In this document: positions 27,001-30,848 of the stretch, in pieces
Layout of the letters: every line of letters begins with the position of its first letter
Numbering within the stretch: position 1 is the stretch's first letter
NCBI GenBank assembly: GCA_964016885.1
Contig: OZ024744.1
Coordinates: 114,886,001 to 114,950,000, forward strand
Source: Eledone cirrhosa
Taxonomy: Eukaryota
Direction of reading: 5' to 3'
Length of the DNA: 64,000 nucleotides
Notes under the pieces: generated by a model
What the model was told of the DNA's origin: nothing
The model's database searches: none
The model's input: the letters and a program-made list of their open reading frames with translations, nothing else
Program-made: the position numbers and the translations under genes

Positions 27001-30000
27001 GCTGCTGCAGTTGGTGTTGTCATTGTTTCTGTTGTCTCTCTCGTCGCTGTTGCTGCTGCGGTTGGTGTTTTCGTCATTTCTGTTGTCTGACCTGTCGCTG
27101 TTGCTGCTGCGGTTGGTGTTGTCATTGTTTCTGTTGTCTGACCTGTCGCTGTTGCTGCTGTGGTTGGTGTTGTCATCATTTCTGTTGTCTGTCTTGTCGC
27201 TGTTGCTGCTGCAGTTGGTGTTGTCATCATTTCTGTTGTCTGACTTGTCGCTGTTGCTGCTGCGGTTGGTGTTGTCATCATTTCTGTTGTCTGACTTGTC
27301 GCTGTTGCTGCTGCGGTTGGTGTTGTCATTGTTTCTGTTGTCTGACTTGTCGCTGTTGCTGCTGTGGTTGGTGAAGTCATCATTTCTGTTGTCTGACTTG
27401 TCGCTGTTGCTGCTGCGGTTGGTGTTGTCATCATTTCTGTTGTCTGACTTGTCGCTGTTGCTGCTGCGGTTGGTGTTGTCATTGTTTCTGTTGTCTGTCT
27501 TGTCGCTGTTGCTGCTGCGGTTGGTGTTGTCATTGTTTCTGTTGTCTGACTTGTCGCTGTTGCTGCTGCGGCTGGTGTTGTCATCATTTCTGTTGTCTGA
27601 CCTGTCGCTGTTGCTGCTGCGGTTGGTGTTGTCATTGTTTCTGTTGTCTGACTTGTCGCTGTTGCTGCTGCGGTTGGTGTTGTCATCATTTCTGTTGTCT
27701 GTCTTGTCGCTGTTGCTGCTGCGGTTGGTGTTGTCATTGTTTCTGTTGTCTGTCTTGTCGCTGTTGCTGCTGCGGTTGGTGTTGTCATCATTTCTGTTGT
27801 CTGACTTGTCGCTGTTGCTGCTGCGGTTGGTGTTGTCATTGTTTCTGTTGTCTGACTTGTCGCTGTTGCTGCTGCGGTTGGTGTTGTCATCATTTCTGTT
27901 GTCTGTCTTGTGGCTGTTGCTGCTGCGGTTGGTGTTGTCATCATTTCTGTTGTCTGACTTGTCGCTGTTGCTGCTGCAGTTGGTGTTGTCATTGTTTCTG
28001 TTGTCTGTCTTGTCGCTGTTGCTGCTGCGGTTGGTGTTGTCATCATTTTTGTTGTCTGACTTGTCGCTGTTGCTGCTGCGGTTGGTGTTGTCATTGTTTC
28101 TGTTGTCTGACTTGTCGCTGTTGCTGCTGTGGTTGGTGTTGTCTTCATTTCTGTTGTCTGACTTGTCGCTGTTGCTGCTGCGGTTGGTGTTGTCATCATT
28201 TCTGTTGTCTGACTTGTCGCTGTTGCTGCTGCGGTTGGTGTTGTCATTGTTTCTGTTGTCTGACTTGTCGCTGTTGCTGCTGCGGTTGGTGTCGTCATCA
28301 TTTCTGTTGTCTGACTTGTCGCTGTTGCTGCTGCAGTTGGTGTTGTCATTGTTTCTGTTGTCTGACTTGTCGCTGTTGCTGCTGCGGTTGGTGTTGTCAT
28401 TGTTTCTGTTGTCTGACTTGTCGCTGTTGCTGCTGCGGTTGGTGTTGTCATCATTTCTGTTGTCTGACTTGTCGCTGTTGCTGCTGCGGTTGGTGTTGTC
28501 ATCATTTCTGTTGTCTGACTTGTCGCTGTTGCTGCTGCGGTTGGTGTTGTCATTGTTTCTGTTGTCTGTCTTGTCGCTGTTGCTGCTGCGGTTGGTGTTG
28601 TCATCATTTCTGTTGTCTGACTTGTCGCTGCTGCTGCTGCGGTTGGTGTTGTCATTGTTTCTGTTGTCTGACTTGTCGCTGTTGCTGCTGTGGTTGGTGT
28701 TGTCATCATCTCTGTTGTCTGACTTGTCGCTGTTGCTGCTGCGGTTGGTGTTGTCATCATTTCTGTTGTCTGACCTGTCGCTGTTGCTGCTGCGGTTGGT
28801 GTTGTCATTGTTTCTGTTGTCTGACTTGTCGCTGTTGCTGCTGCGGTTGGTGTTGTCATTGTTTCTGTTGTCTGACTTGTCGCTGTTGCTGCTGCGGTTG
28901 GTGTTGTCATTGTTTCTGTTGTCTGACTTGTCGCTGTTGCTGCTGCGGTTGGTGTTGTCATTGTTTCTGTTGTCTGACTTGTCGCTGTTGCTGCTGCGGT
29001 TGGTGTTGTCATTGTTTCTGTTGTCTGACTTGTCGCTGTTGCTGCTGTGGTTGGTGTTGTCATCATCTCTGTTGTCTGACTTGTCGCTGTTGCTGCTGCG
29101 GTTGGTGTTGTCATCATTTCTGTTGTCTGACCTGTCGCTGTTGCTGCTGCGGTTGGTGTTGTCATTGTTTCTGTTGTCTGACTTGTCGCTGTTGCTGCTG
29201 CGGTTGGTGTTGTCATTGTTTCTGTTGTCTGACTTGTCGCTGTTGCTGCTGCGGTTGGTGTTGTCATCATTTCTGTTGTCTGACTTGTCGCTGTTGCTGC
29301 TGCGGTTGGTGTTGTCATTGTTTCTGTTGTCTGACTTGTCGCTGTTGCTGCTGTGGTTGGTGTTGTCATCATCTCTGTTGTCTGACTTGTCGCTGTTGCT
29401 GCTGCGGTTGGTGTTGTCATCATTTCTGTTGTCTGACCTGTCGCTGTTGCTGCTGCGGTTGGTGTTGTCATTGTTTCTGTTGTCTGACTTGTCGCTGTTG
29501 CTGCTGCGGTTGGTGTTGTCATTGTTTCTGTTGTCTGACTTGTCGCTGTTGCTGCTGCGGTTGGTGTTGTCATTGTTTCTGTTGTCTGACTTGTCGCTGT
29601 TGCTGCTGCGGTTGGTGTTGTCATTGTTTCTGTTGTCTGACTTGTCGCTGTTGCTGCTGCGGTTGGTGTTGTCATTGTTTCTGTTGTCTGACCTGTCGCT
29701 GTTGCTGCTGCGGTTGGTGTTGTCATCATTACTGTTGTCTGACTTGTCGCTGTTGCTGCTGTGGTTGGTGTTGTCATTGTTTCTGTTGTCTGTCTTGTCG
29801 CTGTTGCTGCTGCGGTTGGTGTTGTCATTGTTTCTGTTGTCTGTCTTGTCGCTGTTGCTGCTGCGGTTGGTGTTGTCATCATTTCTGTTGTCTGACCTGT
29901 CGCTGTTGCTGCTGCGGTTGGTGTTGTCATCATTTCTGTTGTCTGACCTGTCGCTGTTGCTGCTGCGGTTGGTGTTGTCATCATTTCTGTTGTCTGACTT

Positions 30001-30848
30001 GTCGCTCTTGCTGCTGCGGTTGGTGTTGTCATCATTTCTGTTGTCTGACTTGTCGCTGTTGCTGCTGCGGTTGGTGTTGTCATCATTTCTGTTGTCTGTC
30101 TTGTCGCTGTTGCTGCTGCGGTTGGTGTTGTCATCATTTCTGTTGTCTGACTTGTCGCTGTTGCTGCTGCGGTTGGTGTTGTCATTGTTTCTGTTGTCTG
30201 ACTTGTCGCTGTTGCTGCTGCGGTTGGTGTTGTCATCATTTCTGTTGTCTGACTTGTCGCTGTTGCTGCTGCAGTTGGTGTTGTCATTGTTTCTGTTGTC
30301 TCTCTTGTCGCTGTTGCTGCTGCGGTTGGTGTTTTCGTCATTTCTGTTGTCTGACCTGTCGCTGTTGCTGCTGCGGTTGGTGTTGTCATTGTTTCTGTTG
30401 TCTGACCTGTCGCTGTTGCTGCTGTGGTTGGTGTTGTCATCATTTCTGTTGTCTGTCTTGTCGCTGTTGCTGCTGCAGTTGGTGTTGTCATCATTTCTGT
30501 TGTCTGACTTGTCGCTGTTGCTGCTGCGGTTGGTGTTGTCATTGTTTCTGTTGTCTGACTTGTCGCTGTTGCTGCTGCGGTTGGTGTTGTCGTCATTTCT
30601 GTTGTCTGACTTGTCGCTGTTGCTGCTGCAGTTGGTGTTGTCATCATTTCTGTTGTCTGACTTGTCGCTGTTGCTGCTGCGGTTGGTGTTGTCATTGTTT
30701 CTGTTGTCTGACTTGTCGCTGTTGCTGCTGCGGTTGGTGTTGTCATCATTTCTGTTGTCTGTCTTGTCGCTGTTGCTGCTGCGGTTGGTGTTGTCATCAT
30801 TTCTGTTGTCTGACTTGTCGCTGTTGCTGCTGCGGTTGGTGTTGTCAT
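3..30848 (-). CDS. Putative mucin-like Thr/Ala-rich repeat region, 3' part; about 10,280 codons with no stop, running off the left window edge
   Basis: Same 17-aa repeat frame. The ORF track lists no minus-strand ORF below 30845 although every unit has an ATG in this frame, which implies no stop codon before the edge. Unit phase is intact from 1 to 30868. Confidence 0.5.
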   Translation of the reverse strand, partial: MTTPTAAATATSQTTEMMTTPTAAATATRQTTEMMTTPTAAATATSQTTETMTTPTAAATATSQTTEMMTTPTAAATATSQTTEMTTTPTAAATATSQTTETMTTPTAAATATSQTTEMMTTPTAAATATRQTTEMMTTPTTAATATGQTTETMTTPTAAATATGQTTEMTKTPTAAATATRETTETMTTPTAAATATSQTTEMMTTPTAAATATSQTTETMTTPTAAATATSQTTEMMTTPTAAATATRQTTEMMTTPTAAATATSQTTEMMTTPTAAARATSQTTEMMTTPTAAATATGQTTEMMTTPTAAATATGQTTEMMTTPTAAATATRQTTETMTTPTAAATATRQTTETMTTPTTAATATSQTTVMMTTPTAAATATGQTTETMTTPTAAATATSQTTETMTTPTAAATATSQTTETMTTPTAAATATSQTTETMTTPTAAATATSQTTETMTTPTAAATATGQTTEMMTTPTAAATATSQTTEMMTTPTTAATATSQTTETMTTPTAAATATSQTTEMMTTPTAAATATSQTTETMTTPTAAATATSQTTETMTTPTAAATATGQTTEMMTTPTAAATATSQTTEMMTTPTTAATATSQTTETMTTPTAAATATSQTTETMTTPTAAATATSQTTETMTTPTAAATATSQTTETMTTPTAAATATSQTTETMTTPTAAATATGQTTEMMTTPTAAATATSQTTEMMTTPTTAATATSQTTETMTTPTAAAAATSQTTEMMTTPTAAATATRQTTETMTTPTAAATATSQTTEMMTTPTAAATATSQTTEMMTTPTAAATATSQTTETMTTPTAAATATSQTTETMTTPTAAATATSQTTEMMTTPTAAATATSQTTETMTTPTAAATATSQTTEMMTTPTAAATATSQTTEMKTTPTTAATATSQTTETMTTPTAAATATSQTTKMMTTPTAAATATRQTTETMTTPTAAATATSQTTEMMTTPTAAATATRQTTEMMTTPTAAATATSQTTETMTTPTAAATATSQTTEMMTTPTAAATATRQTTETMTTPTAAATATRQTTEMMTTPTAAATATSQTTETMTTPTAAATATGQTTEMMTTPAAAATATSQTTETMTTPTAAATATRQTTETMTTPTAAATATSQTTEMMTTPTAAATATSQTTEMMTSPTTAATATSQTTETMTTPTAAATATSQTTEMMTTPTAAATATSQTTEMMTTPTAAATATRQTTEMMTTPTTAATATGQTTETMTTPTAAATATGQTTEMTKTPTAAATATRETTETMTTPTAAATATSQTTEMMTTPTAAATATSQTTETMTTPTAAATATSQTTEMMTTPTAAATATRQTTEMMTTPTAAATATSQTTEMMTTPTAAARATSQTTEMMTTPTAAATATGQTTEMMTTPTAAATATGQTTEMMTTPTAAATATRQTTETMTTPTAAATATRQTTETMTTPTTAATATSQTTVMMTTPTAAATATGQTTETMTTPTAAATATSQTTETMTTPTAAATATSQTTETMTTPTAAATATSQTTETMTTPTAAATATSQTTETMTTPTAAATATGQTTEMMTTPTAAATATSQTTEMMTTPTTAATATSQTTETMTTPTAAATATSQTTEMMTTPTAAATATRQTTETMTTPTAAATATSQTTEMMTTPTAAATATRQTTETMTTPTAAATATSQTTEMMTTPTAAATATSQTTETMTTPTAAATATSQTTETMTTPTAAATATSQTTEMMTTPTAAATATSQTTETMTTPTAAATATSQTTEMMTTPTAAATATSQTTEMKTTPTTAATATSQTTEMMTTPTAAATETSQTTEMMTTPTTAATATSQTTETMTTPTAAATATSQTTEMMTTPTAAATATRQTTETMTTPTAAATATSQTTEMMTTPTAAATATRQTTETMTTPTAAATATSQTTEMMTTPTAAATATSQTTETMTTPTAAATATSQTTETMTTPTAAATATSQTTVMMTTPTAAATATGQTTETMTTPTAAATATSQTTETMTTPTAAATATSQTTETMTTPTAAATATSQTTETMTTPTAAATATSQTTETMTTPTAAATATGQTTEMMTTPTAAATATSQTTEMMTTPTTAATATSQTTETMTTPTAAATATSQTTEMMTTPTAAATATRQTTETMTTPTAAATATSQTTEMMTTPTAAATATRQTTETMTTPTAAATATSQTTEMMTTPTAAATATRQTTETMTTPTAAATATSQTTEMMTTPTAAATATSQTTEMMTTPTAAATATSQTTETMTTPTAAATATSQTTETMTTPTAAATATSQTTEMMTTPTAAATATSQTTETMTTPTAAATATSQTTEMMTTPTAAATATSQTTEMKTTPTTAATATSQTTETMTTPTAAATATSQTTKMMTTPTAAATATRQTTETMTTPTAAATATSQTTEMMTTPTAAATATRQTTEMMTTPTAAATATSQTTETMTTPTAAATATSQTTEMMTTPTAAATATRQTTETMTTPTAAATATRQTTEMMTTPTAAATATSQTTETMTTPTAAATATGQTTEMMTTPAAAATATSQTTETMTTPTAAATATRQTTETMTTPTAAATATSQTTEMMTTPTAAATATSQTTEMMTSPTTAATATSQTTETMTTPTAAATATSQTTEMMTTPTAAATATSQTTEMMTTPTAAATATRQTTEMMTTPTTAATATGQTTETMTTPTAAATATGQTTEMTKTPTAAATATRETTETMTTPTAAATATSQTTEMMTTPTAAATATSQTTETMTTPTAAATATSQTTEMMTTPTAAATATRQTTEMMTTPTAAATATSQTTEMMTTPTAAARATSQTTEMMTTPTAAATATGQTTEMMTTPTAAATATGQTTEMMTTPTAAATATRQTTETMTTPTAAATATRQTTETMTTPTTAATATSQTTVMMTTPTAAATATGQTTETMTTPTAAATATSQTTETMTTPTAAATATSQTTETMTTPTAAATATSQTTETMTTPTAAATATSQTTETMTTPTAAATATGQTTEMMTTPTAAATATSQTTEMMTTPTTAATATSQTTETMTTPTAAATATSQTTEMMTTPTAAATATRQTTETMTTPTAAATATSQTTEMMTTPTAAATATRQTTETMTTPTAAATATSQTTEMMTTPTAAATATSQTTETMTTPTAAATATSQTTETMTTPTAAATATSQTTEMMTTPTAAATATSQTTETMTTPTAAATATSQTTEMMTTPTAAATATSQTTEMKTTPTTAATATSQTTEMMTTPTAAATETSQTTEMMTTPTTAATATSQTTETMTTPTAAATATSQTTEMMTTPTAAATATRQTTETMTTPTAAATATSQTTEMMTTPTAAATATRQTTETMTTPTAAATATSQTTEMMTTPTAAATATSQTTETMTTPTAAATATSQTTETMTTPTAAATATSQTTVMMTTPTAAATATGQTTETMTTPTAAATATSQTTETMTTPTAAATATSQTTETMTTPTAAATATSQTTETMTTPTAAATATSQTTETMTTPTAAATATGQTTEMMTTPTAAATATSQTTEMMTTPTTAATATSQTTETMTTPTAAATATSQTTEMMTTPTAAATATRQTTETMTTPTAAATATSQTTEMMTTPTAAATATRQTTETMTTPTAAATATSQTTEMMTTPTAAATATSQTTETMTTPTAAATATSQTTETMTTPTAAATATSQTTEMMTTPTAAATATSQTTETMTTPTAAATATSQTTEMMTTPTAAATATSQTTEMKTTPTTAATATSQTTEMMTTPTAAATETSQTTEMMTTPTTAATATSQTTETMTTPTAAATATSQTTEMMTTPTAAATATRQTTETMTTPTAAATATSQTTEMMTTPTAAATATRQTTETMTTPTAAATATSQTTEMMTTPTAAATATSQTTETMTTPTAAATATSQTTETMTTPTAAATATSQTTVMMTTPTAAATATGQTTETMTTPTAAATATSQTTETMTTPTAAATATSQTTETMTTPTAAATATSQTTETMTTPTAAATATSQTTETMTTPTAAATATGQTTEMMTTPTAAATATSQTTEMMTTPTTAATATSQTTETMTTPTAAATATSQTTEMMTTPTAAATATRQTTETMTTPTAAATATSQTTEMMTTPTAAATATRQTTETMTTPTAAATATSQTTEMMTTPTAAATATSQTTETMTTPTAAATATSQTTETMTTPTAAATATSQTTEMMTTPTAAATATSQTTETMTTPTAAATATSQTTEMMTTPTAAATATSQTTEMKTTPTTAATATSQTTEMMTTPTAAATETSQTTEMMTTPTTAATATSQTTETMTTPTAAATATSQTTEMMTTPTAAATATRQTTETMTTPTAAATATSQTTEMMTTPTAAATATRQTTETMTTPTAAATATSQTTEMMTTPTAAATATSQTTETMTTPTAAATATSQTTETMTTPTAAATATSQTTEMMTTPTAAATATSQTTETMTTPTAAATATSQTTEMMTTPTAAATATSQTTEMKTTPTTAATATSQTTETMTTPTAAATATSQTTEMMTTPTAAATATRQTTETMTTPTAAATATSQTTEMMTTPTAAATATRQTTEMMTTPTAAATATSQTTETMTTPTAAATATSQTTEMMTTPTAAATATRQTTETMTTPTAAATATRQTTEMMTTPTAAATATSQTTETMTTPTAAATATGQTTEMMTTPAAAATATSQTTETMTTPTAAATATRQTTETMTTPTAAATATSQTTEMMTTPTAAATATSQTTEMMTTPTTAATATSQTTETMTTPTAAATATSQTTEMMTTPTAAATATSQTTEMMTTPTAAATATRQTTEMMTTPTTAATATGQTTETMTTPTAAATATGQTTEMTKTPTAAATATRETTETMTTPTAAATATSQTTEMMTTPTAAATATSQTTETMTTPTAAATATSQTTEMMTTPTAAATATRQTTEMMTTPTAAATATSQTTEMMTTPTAAARATSQTTEMMTTPTAAATATGQTTEMMTTPTAAATATGQTTEMLTTPTAAATATRQTTETMTTPTAAATATRQTTETMTTPTTAATATSQTTVMMTTPTAAATATGQTTETMTTPTAAATATSQTTETMTTPTAAATATSQTTETMTTPTAAATATSQTTETMTTPTAAATATSQTTETMTTPTAAATATGQTTEMMTTPTAAATATSQTTEMMTTPTTAATATSQTTETMTTPTAAATATSQTTEMMTTPTAAATATRQTTETMTTPTAAATATSQTTEMMTTPTAAATATRQTTETMTTPTAAATATSQTTEMMTTPTAAATATSQTTETMTTPTAAATATSQTTETMTTPTAAATATSQTTEMMTTPTAAATATSQTTETMTIPTAAATATSQTTEMMTTPTAAATATSQTTEMKTTPTTAATATSQTTETMTTPTAAATATSQTTEMMTTPTAAATATRQTTETMTTPTAAATATSQTTEMMTTPTAAATATRQTTEMMTTPTAAATATSQTTETMTTPTAAATATSQTTEMMTTPTAAATATRQTTETMTTPTAAATATRQTTEMMTTPTAAATATSQTTETMTTPTAAATATGQTTEMMTTPAAAATATSQTTETMTTPTAAATATRQTTETMTTPTAAATATSQTTEMMTTPTAAATATSQTTEMMTTPTTAATATSQTTETMTTPTAAATATSQTTEMMTTPTAAATATRQTTETMTTPTAAATATRQTTEMMTTPTAAATATSQTTETMTTPTAAATATRQTTETMTTPTTAATATSQTTEMMTTPTAAATATRQTTEMMTTPTAAATATSQTTETMTTPTAAATATSQTTEMMTTPTAAATATSQTTEMTTTPTAAATATSQTTETMTTPTAAATATSQTTEMMTTPTAAATATRQTTEMMTTPTTAATATGQTTETMTTPTAAATATSQTTETMTTPTAAATATRQTTEMMTTPTTAATATGQTTETMTTPTAAATATSQTTEMMTTPTAAATATGQTTETMTTPTAAATATSQTTEMMTTPTAAATATRQTTEMMTTPTAAATATGQTTEMMTTPTAAATATRQTTETMTTPTAAATATDQTTEMTKTPTAAATATSQTTEMTTTPTAAATATRQTTETMTTPTAAATATSQTTEMMTTPTAAATATSQTTETMTTPTAAATATSQTTEMMTTPTAAATATRETTEMMTTPTAAATATSQTTEMMTTPTAAARATSQTTEMMTTPTAAATATGQTTEMMTTPTAAATATGQTTEMMTTPTAAATATRQTTETMTTPTAAATATRQTTETMTTPTTAATATSQTTVMMTTPTAAATATGQTTETMTTPTAAATATSQTTETMTTPTAAATATSQTTETMTTPTAAATATSQTTETMTTPTAAATATSQTTETMTTPTAAATATGQTTEMITTPTAAATATRQTTEMTTTPTAAATATSQTTEMMTTPTAAATATSQTTETMTTPTAAATSTSQTTEMMTTPTAAATATRQTTETMTTPTAAATATSQTTEMMTTPTAAATATSQTTETMTTPTAAATATSQTTEMMTTPTAAATATRQTTETMTTPTAAATATRQTTEMMTTPTAAATATSQTTETMTTPTAAATATGQTTEMMTTPTAVATATSQTTEMMTTPTAAATATSQTTETMTTPTAAATATSQTTEMMTTPTAAATATSQTTEMMTTPTAAATATSQTTETMTTPTAAATATRQTTEMMTTPTAAATATSQTTETMTTPTAAATATSQTTEMMTTPTAAATATSQTTEMMTTPTAAATATSQTTETMTTPTAAATATRQTTEMMTTPTAAATATTQTTETMTTPTAAATATSQTTETMTTPTAAATATSQTTEMMTTPTAAATATRQTTETMTTPTAAATATRQTTEMMTTPTAAATATSQTTETMTTPTAAATATSQTTEMTTTPTAAATATSQTTEMMTTPTAAATATSQTTEMTTTPTAAATATSQTTEMMTTPTAEATATSQTTEMMTTPTAAATATRQTTETMTTPTAAATATSQTTEMMTTPTAAATATSQTTETMTTPTAAATATSQTTEMMTTPTAAATATRQTTETMTTPTAAATATRQTTEMMTTPTAAATATSQTTETMTTPTAAATATGQTTEMMTTPTAAATATSQTTEMMTTPTAAATATSQTTETMTTPTAAATATSQTTEMMTTPTAAATATSQTTEMMTTPTAAATATSQTTETMTTPTAAATATRQTTEMMTTPTAAATATSQTTETMTTPTAAATATSQTTEMMTTPTAAATATTQTTEMMTTPTAAATATSQTTETMTTPTAAATATSQTTEMMTTPTAAATATRQTTETMTTPTAAATATRQTTEMMTTPTAAATATSQTTETMTTPTAAATATSQTTEMTTTPTAAATATSQTTEMMTTPTAAATATSQTTEMMTTPTAAATATSQTTEMMTTPTAEATATSQTTETMTTPTAAATATRQTTETMTTPTAAATATSQTTEMMTTPTAAATTTSQTTEMMTTPTAAATATSHTTEMMTTPTTAATATSQTTETMTTPTAAATATRQTTETMTTPTAAATATSQTTEMMTTPTAAATATSQTTEMMTTPTAAATATSQTTEMMTTPTTAATATSQTTETMTTPTAAATATSQTTEMMTTPTAAATATRQTTETMTTPTAAATATRQTTEMMTTPTAAATATSQTTETMTTPTAAATATSQTTETMTTPTAAATATSQTTEMMTTPTAAATATRQTTEMMTTPTTAATATSQTTETMTTPTAAATATSQTTEMMTTPTAAATATRQTTEMMTTPTAAATATSQTTEMMTTPTAAATATSQTTEMTTTPTAAATATSQTTETMTTPTAAATATSQTTEMMTTPTAAATATRQTTEMMTTPTTAATATGQTTETMTTPTAAATATSQTTETMTTPTAAATATRQTTEMMTTPTTAATATGQTTETMTTPTAAATATSQTTEMMTTPTAAATATRQTTEMMTTPTTAATATGQTTETMTTPTAAATATSQTTETMTTPTAAATATRQTTEMMTTPTAAATATRQTTEMMTTPTAAATATSQTTETMTTPTAAATATGQTTEMMTTPTAAATATSQTTETMTTPTAAATATRQTTETMTTPTAAATATSQTTEMMTTPTAAATATSQTTEMMTTPTAAATATSQTTETMTTPTAAATATSQTTEMMTTPTAAATATRQTTEMMTTPTAAATATSQTTEMMTTPTAAATATSQTTEMTTTPTAAATATSQTTETMTTPTAAATATSQTTEMMTTPTAAATATRQTTEMMTTPTTAATATGQTTETMTTPTAAATATSQTTEMMTTPTAAATATRQTTEMMTTPTTAATATGQTTETMTTPTAAATATSQTTEMMTTPTAAATATRQTTEMMTTPTAAATATGQTTEMMTTPTAAATATRQTTETMTTPTAAATATDQTTEMTKTPTAAATATSQTTEMTTTPTAAATATRQTTETMTTPTAAATATSQTTEMMTTPTAAATATSQTTETMTTPTAAATATSQTTEMMTTPTAAATATRETTEMMTTPTAAATATSQTTEMMTTPTAAARATSQTTEMMTTPTAAATATGQTTEMMTTPTAAATATCQTTEMMTTPTAAATATRQTTETMTTPTAAATATRQTTETMTTPTTAATATSQTTVMMTTPTAAATATGQTTETMTTPTAAATATSQTTEMMTTPTAAATATSQTTETMTTPTAAATATGQTTEMMTTPTAAATATRQTTEMTTTPTAAATATRQTTETMTTPTTAATATSQTTVMMTTPTAAATATGQTTETMTTPTAAATATSQTTETMTTPTAAATATSQTTETMTTPTAAATATGQTTEMMTTPTAAATATRQTTEMTTTPTAAATATSQTTEMMTTPTAAATATSQTTEMMTTPTTAATATSQTTETMTTPTAAATATSQTTEMMTTPTAAATATRQTTETMTTPTAAATATSQTTEMMTTPTAAATATSQTTETMTTPTAAATATSQTTEMMTTPTAAATATRQTTETMTTPTAAATATRQTTEMMTTPTAAATATSQTTETMTTPTAAATATGQTTEMMTTPTAAATATSQTTEMMTTPTAAATATSQTTETMTTPTAAATATSQTTEMMTTPTAAATATSQTTEMMTTPTAAATATSQTTEMMTTPTAAAAATSQTTEMMTTPTAAATATSQTTETMTTPTAAATATSQTTEMMTTPTAAAAATSQTTEMMTTPTAAATATSQTTETMTTPTAAATATRQTTEMMTTPTAAATATSQTTETMTTPTAAATATSQTTEMMTTPTAAATATTQTTEMMTTPTAAATATSQTTETMTTPTAAATATSQTTESMTTPTAAATATRQTTEMMTTPTAAATATSQTTETMTTPTAAATATSQTTEMMTTPTAAATATTQTTEMMTTPTAAATATSQTTETMTTPTAAATATSQTTETMTTPTAAATATSQTTETMTTPTAAATATGQTTEMMTTPTAAATATRQTTEMTTTPTAAATATRQTTETMTTPTTAATATSQTTVMMTTPTAAATATGQTTETMTTPTAAATATSQTTETMTTPTAAATATSQTTETMTTPTAAATATGQTTEMMTTPTAAATATRQTTEMTTTPTAAATATSQTTEMMTTPTAAATATSQTTEMMTTPTTAATATSQTTETMTTQTAAATATSQTTEMMTTPTAAATATRQTTETMTTPTAAATATSQTTEMMTTPTAAATATSQTTETMTTPTAAATATSQTTEMMTTPTAAATATRQTTETMTTPTAAATATRQTTEMMTTPTAAATATSQTTETMTTPTAAATATGQTTEMMTTPTAAATATSQTTEMMTTPTAAATATSQTTETMTTPTAAATATSQTTEMMTTPTAAATATSQTTEMMTTPTAAATATSQTTEMMTTPTAAAAATSQTTEMMTTPTAAATATSQTTETMTTPTAAATATSQTTEMMTTPTAAAAATRQTTEMMTTPTAAATATSQTTETMTTPTAAATATRQTTEMMTTPTAAATATSQTTETMTTPTAAGTATSQTTEIMTTPTAAATATTQTTEMMTTPTAAATATSQTTETMTTPTAAATATSQTTETMTTPTAAATATSQTTETMTTPTAAATATRQTTEMMTTPTAAATATSQTTETMTTPTAAATATSQTTEMMTTPTAAATATTQTTEMMTTPTAAATATSQTTETMTTPTAAATATSQTTETMTTPTAAATATSQTTEMTTTPTAAATATSQTTEMMTTPTAATTATSQTTEMMTTPTAAATATSQTTEMMTTPTAEATATSQTTETMTTPTAAATATRQTTEMMTTPTAAATATGQT
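17550..22150. repeat. Higher-order repeat, period 1530 bp (30 units), about 3 tandem copies; boundaries approximate
   Basis: The rare marker gacttgtctc starts at 18011, 19541 and 21071, with the same neighbouring variants (atcatctct, gtcttcatt, ggtgtcgtc). Confidence 0.9.
20000..28500. repeat. Higher-order duplication, period 4335 bp (85 units); boundaries approximate
   Basis: Markers 4335 bp apart: ggtgAAgtc 23039/27374, gcggCtgg 23237/27572, gctCttg 22408/26743, gacttgtctc 21071/25406. Confidence 0.9.
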
